This document shows positions 37,667 to 46,811 of a stretch of 64,000 nt of DNA, piece by piece (the stretch's first letter is position 1; the number at the start of each line of letters is the position of its first letter). A model generated the notes under the pieces. That model saw only the letters and a program-made list of their open reading frames with translations, was not told the DNA's origin and did no database searches. Made by a program: the position numbers and the translations under genes. The DNA lies in IMG/VR virus record IMGVR_UViG_3300043676_000014, positions 1-64,000 of that record; one strand, written 5' to 3'. The DNA is from a virus (lineage: Duplodnaviria; Caudoviricetes).

Positions 37667-37953
37667 TATGAAGCGCCCTTCAGAACGATCTCGACTGCAC
37701 CTCGAACTATTTCGGTAACTATCTCGTCGCCATCGACGCAGATATTACCGTCCGCATCCACCTTGCAGCGCCTGAAGCAGCCTTCAAGGCTGTCGACCAT
37801 GTCGACCATCTCCTGTTCCACTCCATCAAGGTAGGTGTGAACGGTCAAACCACGAATTTGCGCCTCTTGCCAATTGGCAAAGCCAGGATCCTTTTCATCG
37901 GAAGAGCAGAATCTGGTAGGCAACCATTCTTGTAGTGGAGTGTCTTTCTTCAT
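37666..37953 (-). CDS. Hypothetical protein
   Basis: Start MKKDTPLQEW (ATGA overlap). Confidence 0.5.
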   Translation of the reverse strand: MKKDTPLQEWLPTRFCSSDEKDPGFANWQEAQIRGLTVHTYLDGVEQEMVDMVDSLEGCFRRCKVDADGNICVDGDEIVTEIVRGAVEIVLKGAS

Positions 37954-38783
37954 GATCCCAGCATTCGCCATAAGGTGCCATCCGTGAGCTCGGCCTCGCA
38001 CCACTGATTCGCGGCGAGGTTGTTCAACCACATCTGCCGATCCGGATAGACCGGTGTTTCTATTTTCGAGAGATCGGTTTGTCCGACCAGAGACGCCGCG
38101 GAGTCCGCGCAAACAAAAACCGGAGCACCACAAATAACACTCTCAACCGCAGCAATTGAACCGTGAGCCACCAGCGCATGGGCGCCCTTCAAGTCTTCCT
38201 GGAGGGGACGCTTGTCTTCCTTATCGCGCGTGATGATCTTGCGGTCGGTATACTTCTTGAGTTCGGCGATCGTCGTCTCGGTCCAGTTATCCAAACCGTG
38301 AAACCTAGAATAGGTTGGCGTCGGCATCGCCACAACGATGTGCGCGCCGCTCGTCTGCCAAGGCATCCCATCTGGTTTCATTTCGGACCAGCGCCACTCC
38401 CGAGACTTCCTGATCTGGTTGTAGGCGGCCTTCCAGCGATCTCCTGGGACGTCTCTGAGCGACTGAAGTTGATACGAATTCATATGCCAGCGGAACATCC
38501 CGCCATTTTCACCGCGCGGCGTATGCGTTGCGTACACGCGCAAAAAATATCCGCGATCCCAATAGCAATGCCGACGATTTGTTGATCGCCATTTTGCTAT
38601 TAGTGGCGTCAGTTCCGGAGAACAACCAACAATCGGCGTCACGTCATCCGGTAGCGACGCCAGTTCAGCGACGTTGCCGCGGACTACCTTGCCGAGCTTT
38701 GATCCTATCCTGTCGAACAAATTGGCCTTCGGCCGCGAAAGCCCATGCGGGACGTATAAGCAAGCCATTTTTGGCTCAATCAC
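37950..38783 (-). CDS. GT-B-like protein resembling capsule biosynthesis (KpsC/KpsS-like) proteins
   Basis: WDRGYF; C-terminal ALVAHGSIAAVESVICGAPVF. Confidence 0.6.
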   Translation of the reverse strand: MIEPKMACLYVPHGLSRPKANLFDRIGSKLGKVVRGNVAELASLPDDVTPIVGCSPELTPLIAKWRSTNRRHCYWDRGYFLRVYATHTPRGENGGMFRWHMNSYQLQSLRDVPGDRWKAAYNQIRKSREWRWSEMKPDGMPWQTSGAHIVVAMPTPTYSRFHGLDNWTETTIAELKKYTDRKIITRDKEDKRPLQEDLKGAHALVAHGSIAAVESVICGAPVFVCADSAASLVGQTDLSKIETPVYPDRQMWLNNLAANQWCEAELTDGTLWRMLGS

Positions 38784-39826
38784 TTTGCTGCCGACTTACT
38801 GCGTCTTATGGCAGCCACGGTCCTCTCTCGAAACTCTGGATCTGCCCACCTTGCCTTAGCAAGAGCGCTTCTCTTTTCGCTGAATTTCGTCTCTACCCGC
38901 TTTTTGCCATTGGCCCGTGCAATTTTTTGCTTTTCTCTGTAAGCCGGGTCGGCCCATTTGGCCCTAACCATAGCGCTTTGTTTTTCCCTAGAACCATCCT
39001 CAGAAAATCTAGCCTTACGTCGGTCTGGGTTTGATGACCATAAAGATTTTGCCATCTCACTTTGCCGTGCCCGCCTTTCTTGATCGGACCACGCCGTCAG
39101 TAACTTGTCCCTGAAGTCAGTCAATTCCCATATCTTTGACTGATGCTTACTGGCCTTAGCGCGCCTTTCCGGAGTGTCTTTAGCCTTGAGTGCCGCCAGC
39201 ATTTTACTGCGGATACTATCGTCTTGCCAATTTTCTTTTGATCTTTTGCTTATTCTGCTTCGATATTCTGGAGTATCGCGATCCTTCAAATACTTCTTTC
39301 GGTAAATTGGATCAGCCCACCTAACCAGCATAGTCTCTCTTTGACGCTTAATCTGCTCAGGATCAGACCAAAACATCTTCATAATTTTACGATGCTCATC
39401 GCTCGCCCACATATCCCTAGACATTTTTGTTCGGCGGGCTCGATACTCTGGGTCTTTCCACATAATTCTGAGCGTCTCAGAATCCATACCTACACCACCG
39501 GGCCTCACGTTCCACAATTGTCCAGACGGAATGGAGGAAATTGATTCTATCTCCAGCGAGTACGCCTGATCCGATGTAGGGCCATCAGCGACAATCTTAT
39601 GATCTACTGAGCGACCAGTCCTTAGTGCCTTGGCGAGTCGATTATACAATATTGTTGACTTAACTTTTTCACCAGCGGCGCGCCGTCTATTTAAGGTGGC
39701 GGCAATTGAGAAATGATTATGAACCCTGCGACCGGTTCCCTTGCCGATATAGCGAACGACATCATCAACAATGAGTTGATAGACGTATGAACCGGACGGG
39801 ATTTGTTGTATTCGAGTCTTAGCCAT
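38780..39826 (-). CDS. GIY-YIG endonuclease with repeated C-terminal DNA-binding modules (free-standing homing endonuclease-like)
   Basis: YVY...RYIGKG..RR...H...E...N; repeated W.DP.YR units. Confidence 0.8.
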   Translation of the reverse strand: MAKTRIQQIPSGSYVYQLIVDDVVRYIGKGTGRRVHNHFSIAATLNRRRAAGEKVKSTILYNRLAKALRTGRSVDHKIVADGPTSDQAYSLEIESISSIPSGQLWNVRPGGVGMDSETLRIMWKDPEYRARRTKMSRDMWASDEHRKIMKMFWSDPEQIKRQRETMLVRWADPIYRKKYLKDRDTPEYRSRISKRSKENWQDDSIRSKMLAALKAKDTPERRAKASKHQSKIWELTDFRDKLLTAWSDQERRARQSEMAKSLWSSNPDRRKARFSEDGSREKQSAMVRAKWADPAYREKQKIARANGKKRVETKFSEKRSALAKARWADPEFRERTVAAIRRSKSAAK

Positions 39827-39892
39827 CTGCTGAACCTCGCACGTTCCGCTCTTGGTTAGAGCCGTCAGGGCGTTTCAGCACCTTGGCGGCTC
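39821..39892 (-). promoter_or_regulatory. Structured leader: hairpin + CTAACCA + SD + ATGGCT
   Basis: GAGCCG...CGGCTC stem; same layout as 11908-11976. Confidence 0.5.
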
Positions 39893-39917
39893 GCTTATTT
39901 ATGACTGCTTCGGCGAC

Positions 39918-40574
39918 CTATCGCCAGTGTTGTTTGACCCAGTCCAGACTTGTAAACCGCGAAGGATCGCGCCAACCTGGAAAGGCGACTATGCGCGCGT
40001 CGTTTGGTAGATCGTTGCCCTTGGGCCACGTTGTTTTTTGAAACGAATAGACGCCACTCTCTGGCCCCGCCTTCCACTCAGCATAATTCGGGATTCGATC
40101 CCAAATAAACGCTTGGTCGTCTGGAAACGAATCGTACCTTACCATCGACGCGTTCTTGAGACTAAAATCCTTCCACACATTCTGATGCTCGCCAGCACGG
40201 AGCATCTGTAAAGATCCATTCACCGGACATGGGTTGCTGGAATTTGCTCCTGTTAAGATAACAAAGGACTCATCCCTATCGAACAACACATCTAGAGAAC
40301 CGGTTACTACCACATCAAGATCGATGCAGACGATACGATCACCGGGCTTGATGCCTTGTCTCTCCTGCCATTCCGTTGAGAAATATCTAAGACGACAGAA
40401 GCACCCTGGAATCTTGGTGAGATACTCGTCCTCTTCATCTGGAGCAAATACCGCAAAACGATGCTCTTGTTCCAAGTTACGAGAGACAGAAGACTTCAGC
40501 CTTTCAACATAGTGTCCGGGATACTTGTCTGACCATCTCCACGTCGTAATCCAGAGTGCGCCTAGACCTTCCAC
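39918..40574 (-). CDS. Glycosyltransferase-like protein (GT-A, DxD)
   Basis: KY...YVERL...V.RNL; CIDLDVVV; NGS; DQ; IVAFPG..DP. Confidence 0.75.
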   Translation of the reverse strand: MEGLGALWITTWRWSDKYPGHYVERLKSSVSRNLEQEHRFAVFAPDEEDEYLTKIPGCFCRLRYFSTEWQERQGIKPGDRIVCIDLDVVVTGSLDVLFDRDESFVILTGANSSNPCPVNGSLQMLRAGEHQNVWKDFSLKNASMVRYDSFPDDQAFIWDRIPNYAEWKAGPESGVYSFQKTTWPKGNDLPNDARIVAFPGWRDPSRFTSLDWVKQHWR

Positions 40575-41140
40575 AGCACACCGATGCCATTGTCTTTCTC
40601 TTCCATCTTTATCTCTTCGTGCCGGTAACCGGACTTCAACTCATTCCAGAATTCCGGAACGTCGATGCGGTAGCTTGCGAAATCCGCCGGCCGCTTCCAT
40701 GAGATATCGTGGAGCGCAACGATCTTGTTGCTCATCGCGCCGTAGTTATTCCAATCCTTTGCGATATACGGAGCCGTGTGATTTCCGTCTATGAAAACGC
40801 AGTCGTATGGCCCCAGCGCGCGTACCTGTTCAACGACATCCCGCGCCGTGCTGTCGCCCCAGATCACGCGAGCGTCGTGGCCCATATCCTTCAGGTCTGC
40901 GATGCAGGCGAGCAGCGATACCCGCGTCTGCGCCCAGTCTTTTGTCCCGCCCGGAAGATCGACCGCTACCATCCGCGATCCCTTCGGCAGAGCATCGCCG
41001 ACGCGACGGAACGATCCGCCGAACTTGGACCCGATCTCGAGATAACTTGTGACGCCTTCCGTCTTCAGTATTTCAGCAAACCGCGCGTGTTCGGCTTCAT
41101 TCTGCAGGGCCTTGTACGACGCCATCAGTCCCTCGCCCAT
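40562..41140 (-). CDS. Class I SAM-dependent methyltransferase (Methyltransf_24-like)
   Basis: YLEIGS.FGGS...GDS...DCVFIDGNH...ALHDI. Confidence 0.85.
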   Translation of the reverse strand: MGEGLMASYKALQNEAEHARFAEILKTEGVTSYLEIGSKFGGSFRRVGDALPKGSRMVAVDLPGGTKDWAQTRVSLLACIADLKDMGHDARVIWGDSTARDVVEQVRALGPYDCVFIDGNHTAPYIAKDWNNYGAMSNKIVALHDISWKRPADFASYRIDVPEFWNELKSGYRHEEIKMEEKDNGIGVLWKV

Positions 41141-41188
41141 ATCGCGTCGCTAAGGTATCTCATGATTGCCGACCGAAATTCTGCATTC

Positions 41189-41848
41189 CTATCTCCAACT
41201 CAAACAATAATCACCGTTCATTTCAAATTTCTGTTTTGCACCCCAAGATTTCAGTAGATCAAGCGATGCATACTGGTCTTTTTCATAAGTAAGCTTTCCG
41301 TTCTTTCCGTTACCCTTTTGCTCAAGGATAATAACGGGCTGATGAGCGCGAATGGTTTTCTCGCCGCCCTCAAGGACGAAAAACTCATAATTTTCTACGT
41401 CAATCTTCATGAAATCGATTGCGTCGCTAAATGTGAATTCGTCCAAACGGCGCATCGTTGTGCCGCCAGCCTCCTCCAAGATCTGCGTGCTACCGGTACT
41501 GCCGTCGAAATACTTCAGTCCTACCGTTCCGCTCTTGTTGCCAAGAGCGCAGTTGTGAACTTCCCAGTTCTTAGAGCCATGCATATTCAATAACAGGCAT
41601 TCAATGTGTTCTGCAACCGGTTCAAACCCGACAACGGTCCTAAACTGCTTCGCCAAATGCATCGACCAAAGCCCAACATGCATTCCGACGTCTAAAGCAA
41701 AACCCTTTCGCTTAACGTATTGTAGAGCAGACGCGAGTTTTTGGTACTGATAAGTACCCTTCCCACCCACCTTCGGAGACGACAACACCATCTTGCAAAG
41801 GTGCCGCTCATTTTCCGGAAACCAAATCCCCTCTACTTGCTTCATCAT
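41189..41848 (-). CDS. FkbM-family methyltransferase
   Basis: ALDVGMHVGLWS, FEP, ALG, DFMKIDVE.YE..VL.G, PVIILE. Confidence 0.9.
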   Translation of the reverse strand: MMKQVEGIWFPENERHLCKMVLSSPKVGGKGTYQYQKLASALQYVKRKGFALDVGMHVGLWSMHLAKQFRTVVGFEPVAEHIECLLLNMHGSKNWEVHNCALGNKSGTVGLKYFDGSTGSTQILEEAGGTTMRRLDEFTFSDAIDFMKIDVENYEFFVLEGGEKTIRAHQPVIILEQKGNGKNGKLTYEKDQYASLDLLKSWGAKQKFEMNGDYCLSWR

Positions 41849-42432
41849 TAGCGACCCCAGATCGCAGCGACGCCGAGATCATTTGAAATGTAAGACGTAT
41901 GAATCCGCTTCAACCCAGCCTGCTTGAGATCGCGATCGAGCCGCCTGATCTCCTGCTCGTTTTCGTCAGGCGACAACGCCGTGCCACGCCACCCGAAATA
42001 TTTCTTCGTCCAATGCCCGAAGAAGATCATTAATTCGGTCAACTTGTCTTCCGGCATGACGCGCTTCAGCTTGTGATACACCGCCAAGCACAGCACGATA
42101 TCGTACCCGCTCATTTCGAATATCTTAAGCGCCTTTGGACCCTTGGTCAGATCGACGACCTCGAACCGGCCTTCCGTCGATCTAAGGTCAGCGAAGACCT
42201 CGCGCGCCACCATGATTCCATCTTCATAGATGTCGCAGCCATGAACGATGGACGCATATTGTTCTGCGAACTGATAGCCAACCATGCCGCGGTTGCAGCC
42301 GATGTCGAAAACCGTTTTTCCCTTCGCCCTCAAAACCAGATCGGTGATTCCATCGAGGCGGACATTGTTCAATCCGCCAACACGCCTTTGAACCTTGTAG
42401 GAGGTGCCGACAGGTTGCATCCAATCAACCAC
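41848..42432 (-). CDS. Class I SAM-dependent methyltransferase
   Basis: KTVFDIGCNRG...GCD...YDIVLCLAVYHKL. Confidence 0.85.
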   Translation of the reverse strand: MVDWMQPVGTSYKVQRRVGGLNNVRLDGITDLVLRAKGKTVFDIGCNRGMVGYQFAEQYASIVHGCDIYEDGIMVAREVFADLRSTEGRFEVVDLTKGPKALKIFEMSGYDIVLCLAVYHKLKRVMPEDKLTELMIFFGHWTKKYFGWRGTALSPDENEQEIRRLDRDLKQAGLKRIHTSYISNDLGVAAIWGR

Positions 42433-42443
42433 GAAACCGCTCC

Positions 42444-42710
42444 CTAGTTTCGTGACCAGCCGCCATGCATACTAGTCCCGAGTTCATCAGCAGGAGGCGG
42501 CGGCTCCTTTGGCTTTTTGGGAGTGACGTTCGTCAGTTCTTTTATCTCAACTTCCCCATCGACCTCTGCCATGATCTTCAGGGTAATTTCGGCGATGCCC
42601 GCACCGCCGCCAGCATGATAAATGATCTCGGTAGCGGCAATGTCGCGCCCGTCCAATTGGACTTTCCCGTGACCAGTCTCGTCAAGAGCAAACGTCAGCT
42701 TGTGCGTCAT
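42444..42710 (-). CDS. Hypothetical protein
   Basis: In operon. Confidence 0.55.
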   Translation of the reverse strand: MTHKLTFALDETGHGKVQLDGRDIAATEIIYHAGGGAGIAEITLKIMAEVDGEVEIKELTNVTPKKPKEPPPPADELGTSMHGGWSRN

Positions 42711-43482
42711 GTTTCAGGTATCCATTTGCAGATTCTAGAACCTCATCTACAGATATCGCATCCATCGCTGCCTTGCAGTGCTTGCACAATGACAACGATC
42801 CACAAGCTTCAGCGCCACCGGTTAAATTGGTGTGGCTAGAATAGCCAGTAACAGCGGGAGGAATAAAACCACCAAACATAACCACCCCAGGAGCCCCCAC
42901 AGCAGCCGCGGCATGGTGCAGACCTCCCTCGGGTCCGATGTAGAGCGCAGCGCGAGCGAGAATTGCGACCGCATGCCGGAACGTCGGCGAGATGATCTGA
43001 CGTGCTGCGGATATCCTGAACCCCTTGCCGTAGCTGAATTGAACAACGTCGTAGCCGTCACACTTCAGTTTTTCTGCAACCTCCGAGTAACGCGCGACCG
43101 GCCACTGCTTGTTTGGAGCGACAGACTTTTGTTCCGGTACGTTAGGCTCGATAACGACAAATCCTCTGCCGGCCGTCTCGGCGTAGGCACGCTCCTGTTT
43201 TGTCAGGAAGACCTCGCCAGGAATTGCTTTGAATTCATAATTCCAACACCACCGATTGCCTTCACGCCGATTGTAAAGTCTGTTGCCCTTATAGAATCCG
43301 AACCATTCTATATTGCCAGACTTCTCCGTACCGGGCGGGGCGACGTTAGGGTTGCCGCGAAAGATTTGCTCTGAATGCAGATCCCAGATTATTCGCGTCC
43401 CGTCTCCGAACGCTATTCGCTTGCCTCTTACTGACGCGCCCTTGGCAAAGCCCGAGGCCAAAATTTGATCACCTATCCCGAC
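42682..43482 (-). CDS. GT9 (heptosyltransferase-like) glycosyltransferase
   Basis: GIGDQI N-terminal motif; NKQWP; YIGPEGGLHHAAAA.G.PGVV.FG; start uncertain. Confidence 0.8.
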   Translation of the reverse strand, partial: VGIGDQILASGFAKGASVRGKRIAFGDGTRIIWDLHSEQIFRGNPNVAPPGTEKSGNIEWFGFYKGNRLYNRREGNRWCWNYEFKAIPGEVFLTKQERAYAETAGRGFVVIEPNVPEQKSVAPNKQWPVARYSEVAEKLKCDGYDVVQFSYGKGFRISAARQIISPTFRHAVAILARAALYIGPEGGLHHAAAAVGAPGVVMFGGFIPPAVTGYSSHTNLTGGAEACGSLSLCKHCKAAMDAISVDEVLESANGYLKHDAQADVCS

Positions 43483-43508
43483 GTTAGCCTCCCACCATCA
43501 CTAGCGCT

Positions 43509-44261
43509 TTAGGCACCGAGACTCAGTGGACCACGCGCCCAGTCGCTCAAACTATCTCGCCACTCGTCAGCCAACTCGCAATCGCCATAGCCTGGCATGT
43601 CAGGAAGCCCGAGCGTGAAGTGACCGATGTTTATGTTGTCGATCGGCTCAGTTTCTCCGATCAAATAATTCCACGACTGATCCAGCTCTCCGATATCGCA
43701 TTCAGCAAGCCAGAAGAATTTATGCAGAAATCGCCCAGGCGTATTATTTAGAACGTCGAGCGTGAGGGCCTTGTTCGCAGGATGATCGCAATTGAAAAGC
43801 ATGATCGAGGATGCGTTTTTCCTCGGATATGATTGTTGTATCTGACCATCCATTTTGATGCCGGATTCCTGTATGCGCTTATGATTCACGCAGTACAGAG
43901 CTTTGGAATGATCCAGTCCCTCGAACAACCTTGCAACATTCGATCGAAAGATAACGTCGCCGTCACAGAATAGCGCCCAACCGGTCTTTGCGATGTAGGG
44001 AATAAAAAACCTGCTGTTGGCATGCTCTGTACTTTGCGGAGCATCGCTCACGACGTCCCACATAATCGGCTTGTCGACCACGCACTTACGATACTCGATT
44101 GGCCTCTTATAGATGCCGGCCTTTTGCAGATCGGCCAAGATAAGTCCGTATATCGGTATCGGTCGCGTCAGATGACGACGACAGGATGACCTTGCAACAG
44201 CAAACCCTGACGCCTCACGAGGATCCCATCCCAACCAGATACTGTCGTTGAGCGCCATCAT
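43509..44261 (-). CDS. Nucleotide-diphospho-sugar transferase (GT-A; CDI-like)
   Basis: GWDPRE, STE..NSRF.IP, ALFCDGD, YPRKN.SS.MLFNC, WNYL, HFT.G.P. Confidence 0.85.
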   Translation of the reverse strand: MMALNDSIWLGWDPREASGFAVARSSCRRHLTRPIPIYGLILADLQKAGIYKRPIEYRKCVVDKPIMWDVVSDAPQSTEHANSRFFIPYIAKTGWALFCDGDVIFRSNVARLFEGLDHSKALYCVNHKRIQESGIKMDGQIQQSYPRKNASSIMLFNCDHPANKALTLDVLNNTPGRFLHKFFWLAECDIGELDQSWNYLIGETEPIDNINIGHFTLGLPDMPGYGDCELADEWRDSLSDWARGPLSLGA

Positions 44262-44921
44262 TTAAGCATTCACAGAATCCAAATCAGCCACAAAATCTTC
44301 AGCCTTGCGCCGCTCAAAGCACCTCAGAACACTGATATCCGAAGCATTGAACACCTCGACACCACGCTCTTTCAGTTTCGGCGCCGCCAGTTCAAAGGCG
44401 CGGCGCCACCGACGAAAGTTGTCTTCCGTTGGATTATTCCCCTGCGGCCAGTTATTGCGTCCATACCAGTGAGCGCCGCTGCGATCGTGCATGTCGAAGC
44501 CGATCAGCAGGACTCGTTTAGCGCCGAACTGCACCGCGAGATTGAGCGCCTGGAAACCCGAATTTCCGCCTGAACCAAGTTTACCTGACGGCTCGAATAT
44601 CAGATCGTCCGACTTGATCGTAATTTCGACGTGGCGGATATCCAGATATGGCGCCGGCCGGTGGTCATTGCTACCGGCCCATGTAACCTTCAGTCCCTTG
44701 AACTCCTGAAGACCAAGCCTCTTCTTCCACCACGCCGCGTCACACCCGTAGACCACGTCAGCCCATGGTGCGAGTTCGACGTTCTCCTTGATCGCAATGA
44801 CAGGCATCTTGCCGCGAAGCGCCGGGATATTGGCCTTCTTTGCCGACGGTCCGGAGGCTATTATCGCGACCGGTCCAGACCAGTCCAAATACCAATCCGG
44901 TCTCAATCTGCCAGTCCTCAA
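44262..44921 (-). CDS. Maf/DUF115-like (sialyltransferase-like) nucleotide-sugar transferase, paralog 1
   Basis: IIASGPS...ADVVYGCDAAWW...GGNSGFQALNLAVQFGAKRVLLIGFDM. Confidence 0.72.
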   Translation of the reverse strand: MRTGRLRPDWYLDWSGPVAIIASGPSAKKANIPALRGKMPVIAIKENVELAPWADVVYGCDAAWWKKRLGLQEFKGLKVTWAGSNDHRPAPYLDIRHVEITIKSDDLIFEPSGKLGSGGNSGFQALNLAVQFGAKRVLLIGFDMHDRSGAHWYGRNNWPQGNNPTEDNFRRWRRAFELAAPKLKERGVEVFNASDISVLRCFERRKAEDFVADLDSVNA

Positions 44922-44987
44922 TCACTCGGGCTTGTGGTGGCGGTGGTGTCTCGGTAGACGTAAGGTTGCACCAGCGAAGGACGCCAC

Positions 44988-45758
44988 ATGAAAACGCCGA
45001 ACATCCTGATCGCCACGCCAGCCCATGGCGGCTGGGTAAAAATTCAGACAATGGACAGTATATTCATGATACAAAACGCGCTCGCCGCCCGCGCCAGTTT
45101 TAAGTTTCGGCATATCTCGCTATCGGACATTGCGTTAGCGCGGAACTTGCTGGCATCGGCGTTCTTGGGCGATACCACTTACACGCATCTGCTTTTTGTC
45201 GACGCCGACATGACGTTCACACCAGATGTTGTCGCCGCACTATTGGATGCCGACAAGCCGGTGATCGGCGCCATTTACCCCATGCGCAGGTTGAATCTCG
45301 CCAAATTTTTCGAGTCCGCCAAAACCATGACGATGGAGAGAGCCATTGCCGCCGCGTCTGAGTTCGCTGCTACGCTCAATCCGGGAGCCACAACCATCAA
45401 CCACGGGCTACTCCCGGTCAGGGGTATTGGCATGGGACTGTGCCTCATTCGACGCGATGCCCTTGAGATTATGTCGGTGTCCGGCATCCCCCAGAGCAAG
45501 CCGGGCCACACCGCCGGAAATTCGGATCGACTTGACCACATCCTTTTCGGGTTTTTCGATCACCTAACTGCGCCGGGCGGTGGGCAGCTATCTGAGGATT
45601 ATTCTTTCTGTGAGCGATGGCGACTTTGCGGCGGCGAGATTTGGGGCCTCGCCACAGATCATGTCGGGCACATCGGAGAGATGGAATTTCGCGCCAACTT
45701 CATCGATCGGCTACATGCTACAGGACAAACGACAGCCGGATATAGTGGTCTTAGGTGA
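44988..45758 (+). CDS. Glycosyltransferase-like protein (GT-A), opposite strand
   Basis: IATP..GG, ARN.L, THLLFVDAD, G.G..LI.R, SEDYSFC.RW...GG.IW, HIG. Confidence 0.8.
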   Translation: MKTPNILIATPAHGGWVKIQTMDSIFMIQNALAARASFKFRHISLSDIALARNLLASAFLGDTTYTHLLFVDADMTFTPDVVAALLDADKPVIGAIYPMRRLNLAKFFESAKTMTMERAIAAASEFAATLNPGATTINHGLLPVRGIGMGLCLIRRDALEIMSVSGIPQSKPGHTAGNSDRLDHILFGFFDHLTAPGGGQLSEDYSFCERWRLCGGEIWGLATDHVGHIGEMEFRANFIDRLHATGQTTAGYSGLR

Positions 45759-46380
45759 CGCGAACCTTTACGACGCTTGCCGTCCGATAGAGACCGTCAA
45801 CAGGAACGCCGCCAGTCGCTGCCGCCGCATCGTCGGCAAAGTTTTCGAGACCAGATGCAAGAATGTGCCCGACAACACCCGCGCCATGTTTAGCGCCGGG
45901 GGTAAGAACGACGTTTCCGCCGTCACTATCGCCAGCAGAGGCGGACCCGCCATTGAGACTGAGTGCGCCGCCGGCCCCGGATTGTGCCCCCCCGGATCCA
46001 CCATTAAGACTGACAGGACCGCCGCTTCCAAACCCGACTTCGCTTCCAGCGCCGGCATAAGCATAAACGCCGCCACCTGCGAAAGTGTTGCCGCCACCGG
46101 CTGCAGCGATCAGCGCTACACCACCTCCGTTGCCATCAGCAGTAGTGCCACCGTTAAGAGCTACGCCGCCGCCATCCCCTGCAAGAGTGTCGCCCCCGCT
46201 CAAGGACGCTGCGCCGCCGATACCGTTATTGGCATTGCCAGCAGTCAAAACGATGGCGCCTCCTGCCCCCTGATTGGTGCCGCCTTCTCCTGCGGAGATG
46301 TTCAAACCCCCGCCAGGATCATCAGGGCCTACCGCATCAGGAAGAACGAGAGCAGCCAGGATATCAGTTAGTTCGGCCAT
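45751..46380 (-). CDS. Gly-rich repeat fibre-like protein
   Basis: Repeated GG.(V/L).L.(G/A)G units; C-terminal AAA..GGVPVDGLY. Confidence 0.65.
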   Translation of the reverse strand: MAELTDILAALVLPDAVGPDDPGGGLNISAGEGGTNQGAGGAIVLTAGNANNGIGGAASLSGGDTLAGDGGGVALNGGTTADGNGGGVALIAAAGGGNTFAGGGVYAYAGAGSEVGFGSGGPVSLNGGSGGAQSGAGGALSLNGGSASAGDSDGGNVVLTPGAKHGAGVVGHILASGLENFADDAAAATGGVPVDGLYRTASVVKVRVT

Positions 46381-46394
46381 TTTTTAATTTCCTC

Positions 46395-46811
46395 TTAGTC
46401 GTGGGTGACGACATCACCGCTATTCGTGACGGTGGCTCCATTATGGGTGACGACATCCCCGCCTCCATTTGTATCGGCAGCATTAACCGCTGCGGCGACC
46501 AGTTCCGCAGTTGAACTGGAATAAGGAAGCAGAGCCGATCCGCCAAGAGCCACAACTAACGCCACAAGAAGTTCATGCTGGCCATGCCGCGGAGAGGCGC
46601 TACCACCCGCGGCAGTGACGATTCTTGCGAGGATATTTTCTCGACCTCCGATTGTGCGCTTGGAATACGACTCTCCAAACGTATTGAGGATTTCGATAAG
46701 AACCTGTCGCTCCGAAAGGTCTCGCGTAAGAAACGCTTCCGAACCGCCCAACGCCACTAACAAGTCAGACCACAATTGCCTCAATGACCGGTTAGAGGCC
46801 GATACGGTCAT
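46395..46811 (-). CDS. Hypothetical protein
   Basis: ATGA coupled; internal LV.ALGGS repeats. Confidence 0.6.
   Translation of the reverse strand: MTVSASNRSLRQLWSDLLVALGGSEAFLTRDLSERQVLIEILNTFGESYSKRTIGGRENILARIVTAAGGSASPRHGQHELLVALVVALGGSALLPYSSSTAELVAAAVNAADTNGGGDVVTHNGATVTNSGDVVTHD

Noticed and set aside
35374-42432. Methyltransferases as DNA methylases
   Set aside because: No DPPY/NPPY or PC catalytic motifs in the expected context; they resemble small-molecule/sugar O-methyltransferases.
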